DNA from: Callorhinchus milii
Lineage: Eukaryota
Length of the DNA stretch: 64,000 nt
Direction of reading: 5' to 3'
NCBI RefSeq assembly: GCF_018977255.1
Contig: NW_024704743.1
Coordinates: 98,396,001-98,460,000 of the forward strand
Every line of letters starts with the position of its first letter. Position 1 is the first letter of the stretch. Positions 26,880 to 38,726 of this stretch are shown here, piece by piece. A program made the position numbers and the translations under genes. The notes below the pieces were generated by a model, which saw nothing but the letters and a program-made list of their open reading frames with translations, ran no database searches and had not been told where the DNA came from.

Positions 26880-27258
26880 CTCATTCAGTATCTCACATAT
26901 ACACCCCTATAAAGGTCCCCACTTGAAACTCATATGCTCATAACACTCTAATGCAGTGCTGGGGGTATGCTGCATTGTTGGAAGTGTCGTTCTTTGGATG
27001 AGATATTACACTGAGGCCCCAATAGGTCCATGGTACTATTCGTAAAGAGAAGGGAGTTTTTCCTGCTGTCCTGGCCAACAATCCCCAAACAAAATAGATC
27101 ATTCACTTAACAGTTATTTATAGGACTGTGTGCAAACTGTGTGCAAATTGGCTGCCGGGTTTGCCCACAAACATACAGTGTCAGCTTAGACCATATGAGT
27201 TTCAATCTTGAGATGTCCTTCAATGTGAAAATACACCAAATGCAAGGATTATTATTAT
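26880..27258 (+). mobile_element. Old Deu-type SINE
   Basis: 'gctgcattgttggaagtgtcgttctttggatgagatatt', 'gtgcaaattggctgccgggtttgcccacaaa' and 'atgcaaggattattatt'. Confidence 0.8.
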
Positions 27259-28499
27259 TCCTGAGGTGTTAGTCTCTGCAAGATCAAAATCACCCAGACA
27301 GTAGCCATTTTCAGAACAAGGTGCGAATCATGAGGGCTGCGTCTGCCAAATATATGATTTCAATGGGGCTGGAACGGCAAACTTGTCACTGGGAGCAGGG
27401 TCTCTCTAGCTTCAGAATTATATGCCACAAAAGGCTAAGCTCCTGGAGTCAAATGGAGCAGCAGACAGGGTAATGGAGTTTAGTCACAGTCAGTTCGGTG
27501 TCACTGACAACATTAGCTCGTCAGCAGCAAAGGAGAAGGAATTGGTTCAGGACAATCAACCAGGTCAGTGCCTGACTGTCTTGCTTGCAGGTCAGGCAGG
27601 CATTCAAGATGCTGAAGGAGAGTGAGAAGGTGAGATTAATACAACATGATGTTATATTCTGCACTGGTTTCAAATATATCCACAACTGCATCTCTTCCCA
27701 GATATGGGAACCCCTGAGGTACAGGTTCTAAAATTACTGTAAAAGAAACCACTAATATAACAATATATCATATATCATTTCAGGTACTCATATTCACTGT
27801 TTTTCGAAGTATCAGATTTTCTGAAGCGCAAGTACATTTATGTACAAAGCATTTGCTGGAGACAAAAGAGCAGTAGCTCCCCAGTGGGCAACAAATCAAG
27901 TAGTGTAGCGTTCAGTTGCACAAATCAGGTTCAATCCCTGGTATTATTCGCTAACCTCAAATGTGGCAACAATGGGGAGCATAATCACATTGTGCCTGGA
28001 CTAGAGGAGGGAAAGAAAATCAGGCATGCCAAATCATGCACCACTGCCGGAAGGGTTCCCACTAAGGCAGGATCAAACTATAATAGTACATACCACAGAA
28101 CCAACATTCACCCTCCAACCTTACAAGCAATCCAGGATGCTACTCCGCTTGAAGGGTGCTACATAAATGCAAGTTGTTATTTTTATACATTAAGATGATG
28201 ACCAGGGTGAGGCAGTGGAAAGCTGTGCCCTCATAAGTGATGGGTCAATACCTTTTGAAGACCATGAAGAGAAATGGGAAGGGATCAAACGCAGCAAAAC
28301 AGTTGTGAACCTATCAGGTGGATCAGGATTTTTTTCCAAATGAATCTGAATGCTTTGCTCAGTGAAAGCACCGGAATTCTTGGGTATTACAACATAAAAT
28401 CATCACTGGTAATACTAGAATATGGCACAATGGTGAATTTATAACATGCCTAAGTCCAGAATTCTGCTCAAGTGAGTCTGCCTACCTAATGTTTGGGGG

Positions 28500-28911
28500 A
28501 GTCAACTTTACAAGAGATGTATAGATGAAATTATACCCATTTGCTCTGATCCTTCCAGAATATCCACCCACCTTCTTCCCATGATAGTATCAAGCTGCCT
28601 CTTAGTTAAATCTAATATGCTGGCCACTAATCTGTTGATGGCTTCTGTGTAGGGAAGAACCAGTTTTGAGTACCTCTTCTGTAAGTGTGCCCAAATACAA
28701 ACTATGAAATGATGTGCATTCACTAGTCACTGAATAAAAGGTCCTGAGCATCATATTCCCTGCTGTTAGTTTCTCTAAATTGCTTCCAAACTGGCTTCTG
28801 ATCTTCCAGATAAAACGTTTGGTGCACTGCTCTAAATGCTAAATTTTTCCAGCAAGCCAACACAATGTCTAGAGTGTTTCCACCTCTTGTACATATATTT
28901 TCAAGGGTCAA
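28500..28911 (-). mobile_element. Decayed LINE endonuclease/linker remnant, Rex1/Babar-like
   Basis: Minus-strand translation gives TRGGNTLD (APE motif TRG.N.LD) and, in the same frame past stops, FPTQKP (compare Rex1 FPNQKPW). Confidence 0.4.
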
Positions 28912-29273
28912 ACTTAAATAGGGTCAGTTTTTGAATCATGTCAGTCTGATCTGTAGTATCATTAACAAATCTAATTTACAAATAATTTCTCTAGCTGATC
29001 ATCAGATGACAGGGTTATCTATAGATGAGATTAGTGAATGACACTGGCTAATGCACCACTGAGAGTGCAGTTTCTCAGTAAATGTCAAATTTAATGATCT
29101 GTCGGTCCATAAAGCAAAACCAAAAAATCTACAAATCATTAGACACTTTCAAAGCATTTCTAAAGTGGTAAAATAGTAAAAACACAGTTATTATCCTTGT
29201 AGATGTCAAATATAAAATATTTTCTATTCTTTCTTCTAATTTACCATTCTTTAAGCTACTTACTAATAAGTCC

Positions 29274-29880
29274 ATGTTTGACCAACTCTCTGAGGCGGTC
29301 TCTGTAGTCGAGTTTGTGAGCCAGGTGGGCCTGTGGTACTCCAGGGCACTGTTGAGCCAGCCTGGCTCATCGGAACAACTTGGAAGGGCAGATTGGACAA
29401 TGGATTCTTCCCACTCAACTCCGGTTTACCCTGTGATCCAAAACTCTAATGGGTAGAACAGTCCTTGCTGGAAAAGTAACGGGAATGCTTGCCAGGCAGT
29501 GCTTTCGATGACAAGCTATGCAGTGTTTGCTGCTTAAACTCCAGCAGAACCCCAAAATATGCTCTGGGGTCCCCAAGTGTTGGCTGTTGCCTACGAGAAA
29601 TATTTTCTGAAATTAGGCAAGGAGGATGCGTCTCCCCAGGGAGAGAGTGTGCATTCCATTCCAATAAATATCTCAGGAATGTCCATGTATAGCTGGGATG
29701 CATGGAACTCTTGGTTTGGTTTGGGTTCTCTTAAGCATGGTGATGTGTTTCTGCACGTGTCAATTGACCCCAAACAAAACACTGAGTCCACTGCCATATA
29801 AGAGTTGGGTATTCAGGGGTTAAACCTTCTATGTAACTATTGTGGATTACTCTCGGTAGGGATGCCACCCTTCGGCTAAT
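29274..29880. repeat. Unclassified dispersed repeat, copy A
   Basis: 29282-29763 aligns colinearly and in the same orientation with 61000-61500; shared blocks include 'gaggcggtctc..gtagtc', 'tccagggca', 'ctctggggtccccaag', 'gcattccatt' and 'cttaagcatggtgatg'. Confidence 0.85.
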
Positions 29881-30879
29881 GCTACCATCTTCTCCCAGTC
29901 TTGCTCTCTGTACCCTCTCTTCTTTTGCCCACTTGGCATTTTCTGTGATTAAATAGTTACAAGAAACATTCCAATGTGTAACCTGAACAAGCAAACAGAA
30001 CTGACTCTTCTTCTTTTCCAGCCCCCAATTTATAAACTCCCTATGGGCAATACTCATTTTTTTCAGTTCTTATCCCTCAATCAGCTCTGGTCTTCATTAT
30101 ATTTGGTTCTGCAAACCCATCCTGTCATTTTTGCGGGAGCCAGTATCTGGTTCAAGTAGGTCTGGTTGTTCCAGTTGTCAACTGTTTATAAACAGATGAG
30201 TAAAAATACTTCTTAGTGTAGCTCATTTTCCTAACAACTGGATTGCAAATCACGTCATCTCCATCGACTTAATATTCAAAAGATACAACAGACAGCTGCG
30301 GATGCTTCGAGACGCTATCATGCATGAAGGGTGCTACATGCAAAAATTATTATTATATAAGTGCAAGCCTGTGTTGGGGTAGCACACACAGCTTCACACT
30401 TAATTCCTTACGCCCTCATTGACATTGTTGCCGAGCGCTAAAGACACGTCCATAAGTCCTGGATCAAACCATCTACCCTAAGGAGAGGCAACCAGCCGAT
30501 CAGCCTTGGGTGTAATGAAGCTCTGCTTGTTGCACCAACAATGCTGATGTAGGGACAGGTCTTATTAGCAGTGTCAACCTGAGGCATGCAGGAGCTTCCA
30601 TTGAGCAAATAAATTATTCACCCAGAGAGGCTGTCATAACAACAACAACTTGCTCCTATAAAGCATTTTTCCATTAGATGAATTTCTCAAAGCAGTGTTC
30701 TCATAGGCCCAAGGGATTCCACTCAAAATGAGTAATGCTTATAGTCACCAACCCATAAAACACCCTTGTCTATTAGTATCAATATTAGATTGATTGAGAC
30801 CACAAACTTGATCAGTTCTGATTCAGAAGCAACTCTTTGATTAGGATCAAAGTTTGTGTTTTCAATGATAACCCCACTG

Positions 30880-31150
30880 GAGCCTCAGTAAACAGTATAA
30901 ATAGCTATTCCTGGAACTTGCTGATTAATATCCAAAGAGGTAGTTTTTTTGCTAAGGACCATGGTTCTTCCTCTCTACAGTCGGCTGTTATGGATGATCC
31001 CTCCCACAAGTGTTACTTGCCTCCAGTAGATTTCCTGCCTCAATTGGTTACTGTACTTCCTTAACTCCCTGTGGGAATAACTGTTGGATGTATGTTGCCA
31101 GGAAAGACTGACACTGGATACGAAAGGCATATTGAGCTCTCTTGCTGAGC
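30880..31150 (+). mobile_element. Possible very old LINE ORF2 C-terminal remnant
   Basis: Translation 'MDDPSHKCYLPP' resembles the D..H.L..LLP motif at the end of CR1/L2-superfamily ORF2; otherwise highly decayed. Confidence 0.25.
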
Positions 31151-31927
31151 TTGGAACAAGCTGCACATTTTTGGAAGTCATACAATGTCAGAGGCAGTGT
31201 TAACAAGAATTATGAATATCAGTCACAGGGAAGAATCCATGAAAAACAACACAAATCTTCAAACCTGGTGTTGCTATGAACAACAGACCAAAACTGAATT
31301 GATTAATTGGTTCTAAGACAATTAGGGCAAAGTATAAAAGTAAATAAACAAATCCTTTCTTACTACTAACTTCAAAATACTTACAAGATGGTATTAAGGA
31401 ATTTCATCACATGCCAATCACAGCCAGTTCTGGCAATGGTGAACAGAGCTGAAAATGTGTTCCAGAACAAGGCTGGATATACAGCTCAGTGGGAAGATAT
31501 AATCAAAATTTAAAGAGACAGCATCTCTAAGAGTAGCATTCTGTTTGTACATGAAAATAAACCACTGGAGAGGAATGAAACTGTAGAATAAGACTGCAGA
31601 GTAGTCCAAGATTTTACAAGAATCAACTCTCAACAATACAAGCAGTCCACTTTTACTACTTTCTGCCCATGATTGAGCGACTACTGTACTGTGTTTTTTC
31701 TGCAATTTATAGTTATTTCCTGCACTGCAGGAAGTAACTTCTGCTGACAGGCCAATTGACTGATATCTGACCACATGACATCTTTAACATTAATCGGACT
31801 GGACTGTATTTAATCAAGTGCTTGTGCTGAATTCATAGTCAATAACGAAGTTATGTTTTTAAACACTGTGATTAAAAAGTTACAAGAAAAATTCTAATGT
31901 CTAATCTGAACAGGCACACAGATGTGA

Positions 31928-32250
31928 TTCTTCATTCGTGTGGCAAGAGAGGTGATTATCAACATTCAAATAACGAAGTCCAGATTGAAGAGCTAGTGGG
32001 TAGCTTCGGATGTGACTTGGTGTAAATCTGGAATGGTGCCGAAGTGGGCACTAGTTTACAATGTGGTCCACAGTTTGCGACAGTCATATTGTGTGTTGTC
32101 TCTCATCTCCTAGAGGCGTAAGAAATCTGCCATGCGATATTCTGAAATGGTTCAATGCAGATCATTGTTCTGGAGTAGGTTGAAGCCTGGAAGTTCTTTC
32201 GTCGGGTCAGAGCTGATTAAAGATTCAAAGAACTCTTCCTCTCTCTCCCA
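31928..32250 (-). mobile_element. Ingi/Vingi-like LINE 3' fragment
   Basis: Minus strand, with frameshifts, gives DPTKELPGFNL, Q.DC..QTVDHIVN*CPLRH and LHQVTSEATH*LFNLD, followed by the tail 'gccacacgaatgaagaa'. Confidence 0.7.
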
Positions 32251-32344
32251 ATCAATACATTTAATTATACTTTGATTATCTTCTTTAAAGTAGAACCATT
32301 TAAGTTTCTGCTTAGAAATACTGCTGTGGACATAACAGACCGAG

Positions 32345-32760
32345 ATGAACAAATATTTTACAACACAATGGGTTTCTTATAATACTGAAGCTAGGAGAAT
32401 GTTATTTGAGGAGGAAAGGAGGAGGAAACCGTGGTCATGTGGTAATGGAAGAATATTCTGTAATTTTGCTCAATCACCTTTGGGATCAGGGTTTGAAAAA
32501 CTTTTCCCAGGAGATAACAACAACAAAATTCATTTGTAAAGCGCCTTTAATATTGGGAGGACGTCCCAAGGCATTGGATAAAGTGGGTGCGCCGATTGTG
32601 CATATAGATTTTGCAAAGCATGTGAAAGAAATGGTATGTCAGTTGACAGAAGGTAAGCTTTTACACTGCAGCGAACTGCTCTCATGGCCAATAGGAGATA
32701 AGCTAGTAAACTACAGAGCGGTAATTAAAACAGTTCTGCTTGGTGGCAAAGGAAGAGAAA
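32345..32760 (+). mobile_element. Decayed CR1 RT fragment interrupted by an antisense L2 tail (32516-32575)
   Basis: ORF 32406-32786 contains VHIDFAK (CR1 VY.DF.KAFD); insert reads 'aacaacaacaaaattcatttgtaaagcgcctttaatattgggaggacgtcccaagg'. Confidence 0.55.
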
Positions 32761-34194
32761 AAACAGCAGATAAAACTTCTACCTAGAACAACTTGCATTA
32801 ATATAGGGTTTTCCACGTAAAAGAAAACTACCCAACAGTTATATCAGGGAGAAATTTGGGAGGTTATCTAATGAACAGGTAAACTACTGCAGTAAATTTC
32901 ATCATGGATATTTAGCTGCCACTAACTTGTATCATAAAATATAACACACGCAGGAAAACCTTCAATTTTATGTGTCGAGTAACGTAACAGCAACAATCCT
33001 TAAACATTAAGTACACAGTTCTGCTTCAATACCCAAACTGCGCACGAGTGACTACCCTATGTTTTACGGTCCCCATAACAACAGGCAATTTGACAACACA
33101 AGACTATAAATACAGTATTTTTCAGGCTTTCAGCCAGCTACATAAAGACCTGCTTGAATGCGCATAGACTTTAGGGTCCTGATTTCACACTTTGATGAAT
33201 AATTACACTAATTTAACAGAAGAATGACTCTTATGTCTGATAACCACAACTGAGGCACAAAACATTTTTGAGCCGTACACTATCACATGACAGATTACAA
33301 AAAAAGGGAGATAAATGAAAAGCTACAATTTGACCAGAGAAACATTCTAGATGTATATTTGTATTGCCAACTACCTGAATGCACATGACTGACAGAAAGG
33401 AATCAAAATTACAATATTCTAAAACAGGATTAGAGTGATTTGTGACCCAAGTCTGAATACAGACAGTATCAGGTCAAGTTTTATCGGATCATTATGTTTT
33501 TGTGTGCAATGTGAAATAATGCTCATACCATAGAGAATCATTAATTGCAGAATCCCAGTACAGAAACCTAACTTTGGAAATTACTGAATAATAAATCAGT
33601 ATACATATATTCTTCCAAAATTAAGCGAGATGGTGAAACCTTAATAAAATAAAAATAAACCTTAATAAACTAAAATTAAGGTTAACTGAAATTCATTTTT
33701 AAAAAATTAACACTGTTAGTTATAGCTTGTGTCTCATTGAAGTGCAACTATTTTCTTCAAAAGATAATATCCAACCTATCCCAGGATAAAAAAATCATTA
33801 ACCCTAATTTGTAAAAGACCAAATAATAAATAGGAACCGCCATTTCCAATTATTTGTTGTTCTTCCTGGCAGAAACTAATCAATGGGGCTTGCAGTATGT
33901 TCCTCTGACAAAGGTAGTCAACCATAACACTGTCAAACAAACAGTCGTATTAGATGCATGAATGGTTACACTTCATCATCTTCATAACACCCTATAGTTT
34001 GCATCTGGACAGTAAACAACTGTAGCCAAGTTTTGCTTTTGACATTTTGATTAGAGTCCTCCACACTTTATTCTTTGACTATCTAAGGGACACAGTGTAG
34101 CGTTAAATTTATTATTTACACTCAGTCACCTATGCAAACAATTTCCCCAAATACCGGTCTGCAAATACTGCAGCAGTGCAGTGGTTCCAGCTCC

Positions 34195-34578
34195 ATCACA
34201 CAAAGGGTACAGTTCAAGATCCTGGTCCTCACCTTCAAAGCTGTCCATGGTCTTGCTCCCCCCTAACTCTGCAACCTCCTAAGCCCCTATCATCCTGCCC
34301 GCTCCCTCTACTCAGCGGGCTCCGGCCTGCTTCACGTCCCCGGCCTCACCCGCCAACACTATTGGTGGGCGGGCCTTCTGCCACTCTGCCCCCACCCTCT
34401 GGAACTCCATCCTGCATTCCCTTACCTCCTTCAAAACCCTCCTCTTCGATCATGCTTTTGATCTCCCTGCTTCCCCCCCTGCCCTTCACCCTCTCCAATC
34501 CCCAAACTGTCTGTCCAGCGCCTTGAGATGTCCACCCGACTTGAAAGGTGCAATATAAACGTAATTTTGTTGTATTAT
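34195..34578 (+). mobile_element. L2 3' fragment
   Basis: 'ttcaagatcctggtcctcaccttcaaagctgtccatgg' (FKILVLTFKA.HG) through to the tail 'gaaaggtgcaatataaacgtaattttgttg'. Confidence 0.9.
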
Positions 34579-35091
34579 TGACAGGTTTATCCCAGGTTTA
34601 CACCCATTATGTTGTGGCAGGTTCCTAATCTCAATTGCGAGCATAACCTTTTGATGACATCAACATACTTTTCCACCTCCCCAAAGGCATGGATTTAGGC
34701 CGAGTTCTGGTGCCATAACCTCACATATACCTTGCCTAAGCGCCCATTAGGTCTCTCAGAGCCTGGCAGCGAGAGTCAACAGGTATTTGTCCATGGGAGT
34801 GACTGAGCTTGATCTCATACACACCCAATGTTCACACATAACCGTTCCAGCAAAAATCATTGGATAACGATCAGAGAGATCAGAAGGGCATTTTTTGTCT
34901 CTTTGGTCCAGTGCTTCCCAATTATTTTCAGATATATTTACCTGATTCTCTGATCTGACTGAGGTCTGAATGGGAGTCCTACTTTTCCTCAACTGTATAC
35001 AAAACAATATTTTTATTGCAAAACAATTTTAAGCATTTTGCTGCTCGTAAGACTGTACAAGAACCTTCACTATCTTTGGTATCTTGAGATC

Positions 35092-35190
35092 AGCTAACTC
35101 TGCACAGAGCAGGGATTGAACCTGAAAAACTCCCATGTCGCTGATTTAGTTTCACATAAAGCAGTAGCTTTACCAACTAAGCCATTGGAG
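35092..35190 (-). mobile_element. tRNA-like head of a second, older SINE family
   Basis: 'gggattgaacctg' (reverse B-box) and 'gctttaccaactaagccattggag' (reverse A-box); a similar + strand head occurs at about 27875-27950. Confidence 0.45.
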
Positions 35191-35464
35191 AAGCGTGAAC
35201 ACACTCTTGTTGAGCTAGCTGAAAAATTGTATATTAATTTGTTCAGATTTCCCTCATTTTCTGTGATAAGATCAGTAACTAAACACGACACATAAACTGA
35301 AGTTCAGTGTAAACAAAAAATGTAAAATCTTTTATAGTTATTGAATACACCGCTTCATAATGGGAAAACACACATGATAGTAACATAGTTTATGGCAAGC
35401 AATTATTTTTTAATCTTAAAAATAACTATTTACTTCACATGCTCACTTATGGTATAAATACAAC

Positions 35465-35752
35465 TTCCCTCCATTCAGGGGGCGCCGGGCTGCTTCAAAT
35501 CCACCGCCCCATCAGCGTTGGTCAGGCTTTCAACATATGCCCCCAGGCTCTGGAACTCCATCCCTTCGACTCACCCCATCCCTCTCTCCTTCCAGGTCCC
35601 TCTCAATGCTTTTCTCTTTGACCGCGCTTTTGGCCATCTCACCCCTATCCGCTCGGTCCCCACACCCAGCTCGGGTGAAAACCTTAAAGACTATCTAGCA
35701 CCTTGCAGCATCCTCCCGAAGTGAAAGGTGCTATATAAATGTAAATTTTACT
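35465..35752 (+). mobile_element. L2 3' fragment
   Basis: 'ggtcaggctttcaac...ctctggaactcc' (YAPRLWNS) and the tail 'gtgaaaggtgctatataaatgtaaatttt'. Confidence 0.85.
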
Positions 35753-35767
35753 ATATTTCTACTTTTA

Positions 35768-35876
35768 CAGGGTGACCGAAAAGTTGTGATATCTACCTTA
35801 TTATCTAAAAACAAATCATAATTTCTTTAAAACTTATTAGACATTGTAATGGTATCACAACTTTTTGGTCACCTTA
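35768..35876. mobile_element. 109-bp Tc1/mariner-type MITE
   Basis: TA|CAGGGTGACCGAAAAGTTGTGATA ... TATCACAACTTTTTGGTCACCTTA|TA: 24-bp TIRs with 3 mismatches and TA on both sides. Confidence 0.8.
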
Positions 35877-37379
35877 TATATTTTTTTAAAAATGTTTTTC
35901 TCTTAAGTGCCATCTAATGGTTAAGTACAAAATTACATTTCCCATCTCTGACATCTTATGAAACGTACTTTGGAAGTGAGAAAACCAACGTTGTTCCATA
36001 TTTTCACCTCAATTCAACCAGGCTGACACAAAGCTATCAAACTCAAACTCATCATTGACACTGCTGTCAAAGCCCATAGTACTCTCTGAAGTTAACTAAG
36101 ATATAATATTCTTTGTCAGATCAGGTATGGGTTTCTTGTAGAACAGAAAAATTGTCAACTTTGCACAGAAATCCCAACCTAATCCACTCTGAATGAACTT
36201 TTCAAATGCATACATCCAACGTTACAGTTCAGTATTGCATGCATAAGTGATGCAGTTTTATATTAATTTGAAACACAGCAGCCAGAACTTATCATTGTAA
36301 CCTAATTTTTTAAGTTAAAAATATCTAAACAAAACCAATTTGCAGAAAGGTATGGAATTTAATAGTTAAGTGACCTGAATGTTACAAATCAGGTGTTGCC
36401 ATGAGAAAAGGTGGGATTTCTATTTATTTTCCCTTTACACAACCAACCCAGATGCTCACATCCATGTAGGCGCCAGTAGCTGGCTAAGCTAATGAAGCTT
36501 GCTCATTGTTTGACATCAATGTATCTTGGCAGGCAGGTGGTCTGCTTCACATGTTGGAAGATGAATGCAGTGTCATTCGTTCCCACCTCACCATCTGCCC
36601 TAGAACAACGTTACAAGTAGCCCCTGAAAGGCTGCAGCATAAATACTGTAAACATTTAGTACAGCTGCAACATAAATTAAACCTAGCACCATCTGTGTTT
36701 TATGAATTTATGTCTAATAGATGTGAATGCATGGAAAAGAGGAAAAAGAGAGCGAGTTAAAAAAAANCTGAGGTCATTCAAAAACCAAGTATGACTTTAC
36801 AAATAGGCCAGTGTGCTTTGGGCTGTATTTGAGCAAAAAAGAAACTCATTTTTGAATCACAAGCACAACAAAATTGGAGCCCAATCTTTTACCACATAAT
36901 TGTAACTATTTCTTGTTATATCTGTTACAACTTCAACTAATCAAACTGTTAATGTAGAAAAATCTACAATGTACTCTACAATATATCCTCTTTCAAAATG
37001 ACATTACAAAATTAAAATTATCCAATCTTTGGTTTTATGATCTGTTCCCCATCATTTAGACTGGAAAACATTCAAAATAAGGCACTGTGCACAAATATGT
37101 GTCATAAAGTCAAAGCACTCTATTGCAAAAAATGTAATACAGTTCATACAACACTCTTCAATCTTTTTTTTAATAAAGAAAAGCTTTGTTATTTTAACTG
37201 TACTATTTAGGGGACATTGCTGTTTTAGATTAGCTATCACATTTACCCACATTAATTCTAAATCATATACAATTTTATTATTTATTTCTAGATCACCAGC
37301 CCATTTTTTGATGGTGTTATTAATTTTAGGTTCCATCTGCCTTGTGATCCAATTGGACATATAGAGGCCAGCACCCTGT

Positions 37380-37670
37380 TGCTATTTCAAAGACACGTGG
37401 AGATTTCTTCCCAATTGTCCTGGTTTATATTCCCCATCTCATTCAAATTTATCCCCAAATTCAAATTAACTGGGTTGCCTTGGGATGTCCTCCCGATGTG
37501 AAAGGCCCTATACAAACGTAATTTTGTTGTTGTTGTTATAGGACAGTGCTGTCACAGGTGGTTTGCCACATTTACTTATTGCTACATTCATTTCTAACCA
37601 CTTACGATTTTGTGAAGTCCTTCGAGACTATTTTTTTAAAAAAATGAAATACAAGTCCATTTTATTATTA
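37380..37670 (+). mobile_element. Decayed Deu-type SINE carrying an L2 tail insertion (37477-37538)
   Basis: 'ttgtcctggtttatattcccc' SINE core; insert reads 'gccttgggatgtcctcccgatgtgaaaggccctatacaaacgtaattttgttgttg'. Confidence 0.6.
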
Positions 37671-38040
37671 ATTTTGTTATGTGTGATCCGTATGCTTTTG
37701 AAAACAGGGAATCTCAAATTTCATTAGAAACTTTAAAAACCAAGAATAGTTAAACAATAGAATATTCAAGTGAAATCAATGCTTTATGGGGCAGGGAGAG
37801 AGGTGGATATCAATAATTACAAATTGTGAGTATGTTAGTGATATGACATTGCTTCTTGGAAGGCATGTGAATGGTATACAGGCAGTTGTGAGAATCACAT
37901 TTTATGTTGAAGGAAAGACACCAGGCTTCAAACAGTTTACTTATTGAGGTCAGAAATTATCACTCACAAATGGAACATATAAAAGGATTATTATTATTGT
38001 TATATGTATTGCAACATTCCTCCAACTCTTCTAGGAATCC

Positions 38041-38082
38041 GTGTGTGTGCGAGAGAAAGAAAGAGAGAGAGAAAGAGAGAAA
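38041..38082. repeat. (GT)n/(GA)n microsatellite
   Basis: gtgtgtgtgcgagagaaagaaagagagagagaaagagag. Confidence 0.8.
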
Positions 38083-38337
38083 ATAGAAAAAGGTATTAGT
38101 GGAAATTCAAAATAAATGTAATTGTTGAAAATTTGAAACAAAAACAAAGTATGAGACATGGCACAGCACGTATGATCAGTGTGAAATTAAAGGGAGCGTT
38201 ATTGCCAAATTGTCAGTACCTGGCTGAAGAACAGAAGTGTAGAAGAAAGATCTCGTTTCCACAGACAGCATTATACTTTCTTCCCCTTGCTGACCCTTGC
38301 TACCTAACACAACTGTGAAACAAAGCCAACTCGTCAG

Positions 38338-38726
38338 TGTCAGCCTGGCTTAGTTGGTAGCACTCTTATCTTTGTGTCATAAGGTTGCAGGTTTTTAAGC
38401 CTAACATTGGAACTTTAGGTTAACACTCCAGTGTAATTCCAGGAAAGGGCTGCATTGTTGGAGGTGGATGAGATATTAAAACAAGCCCTGCCTGCCCAAT
38501 CAGATAGTTGTTAAAGATCCCATAGCACTACTGAAAAGAGTGGGGAAGGTTCTCGCGGTAACCCAACCTACAATCACTTAGATAAAATTGTTCATTCACT
38601 TCATGGCTATTTGTGAGCAAAATTGCTGTGCACAAAATTGGTTGCCAGCTTAGCCTACAAAATACAGTCACTACACGGATTAGACGTGAAAGGTGCTACA
38701 TGAAATGCAAAGATTTTTATTATTAT
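38338..38726 (+). mobile_element. Near full-length old Deu-type SINE (SacSINE1-like)
   Basis: Head 'gtcagcctggcttagttggtagcactctt', middle 'aaagatcccatagcacta', Deu core and (att)n tail. Confidence 0.85.

Noticed and set aside
31418..31774. 118-aa minus-strand ORF
   Set aside because: No recognisable motif or coding-like composition; this length is expected by chance in 64 kb.
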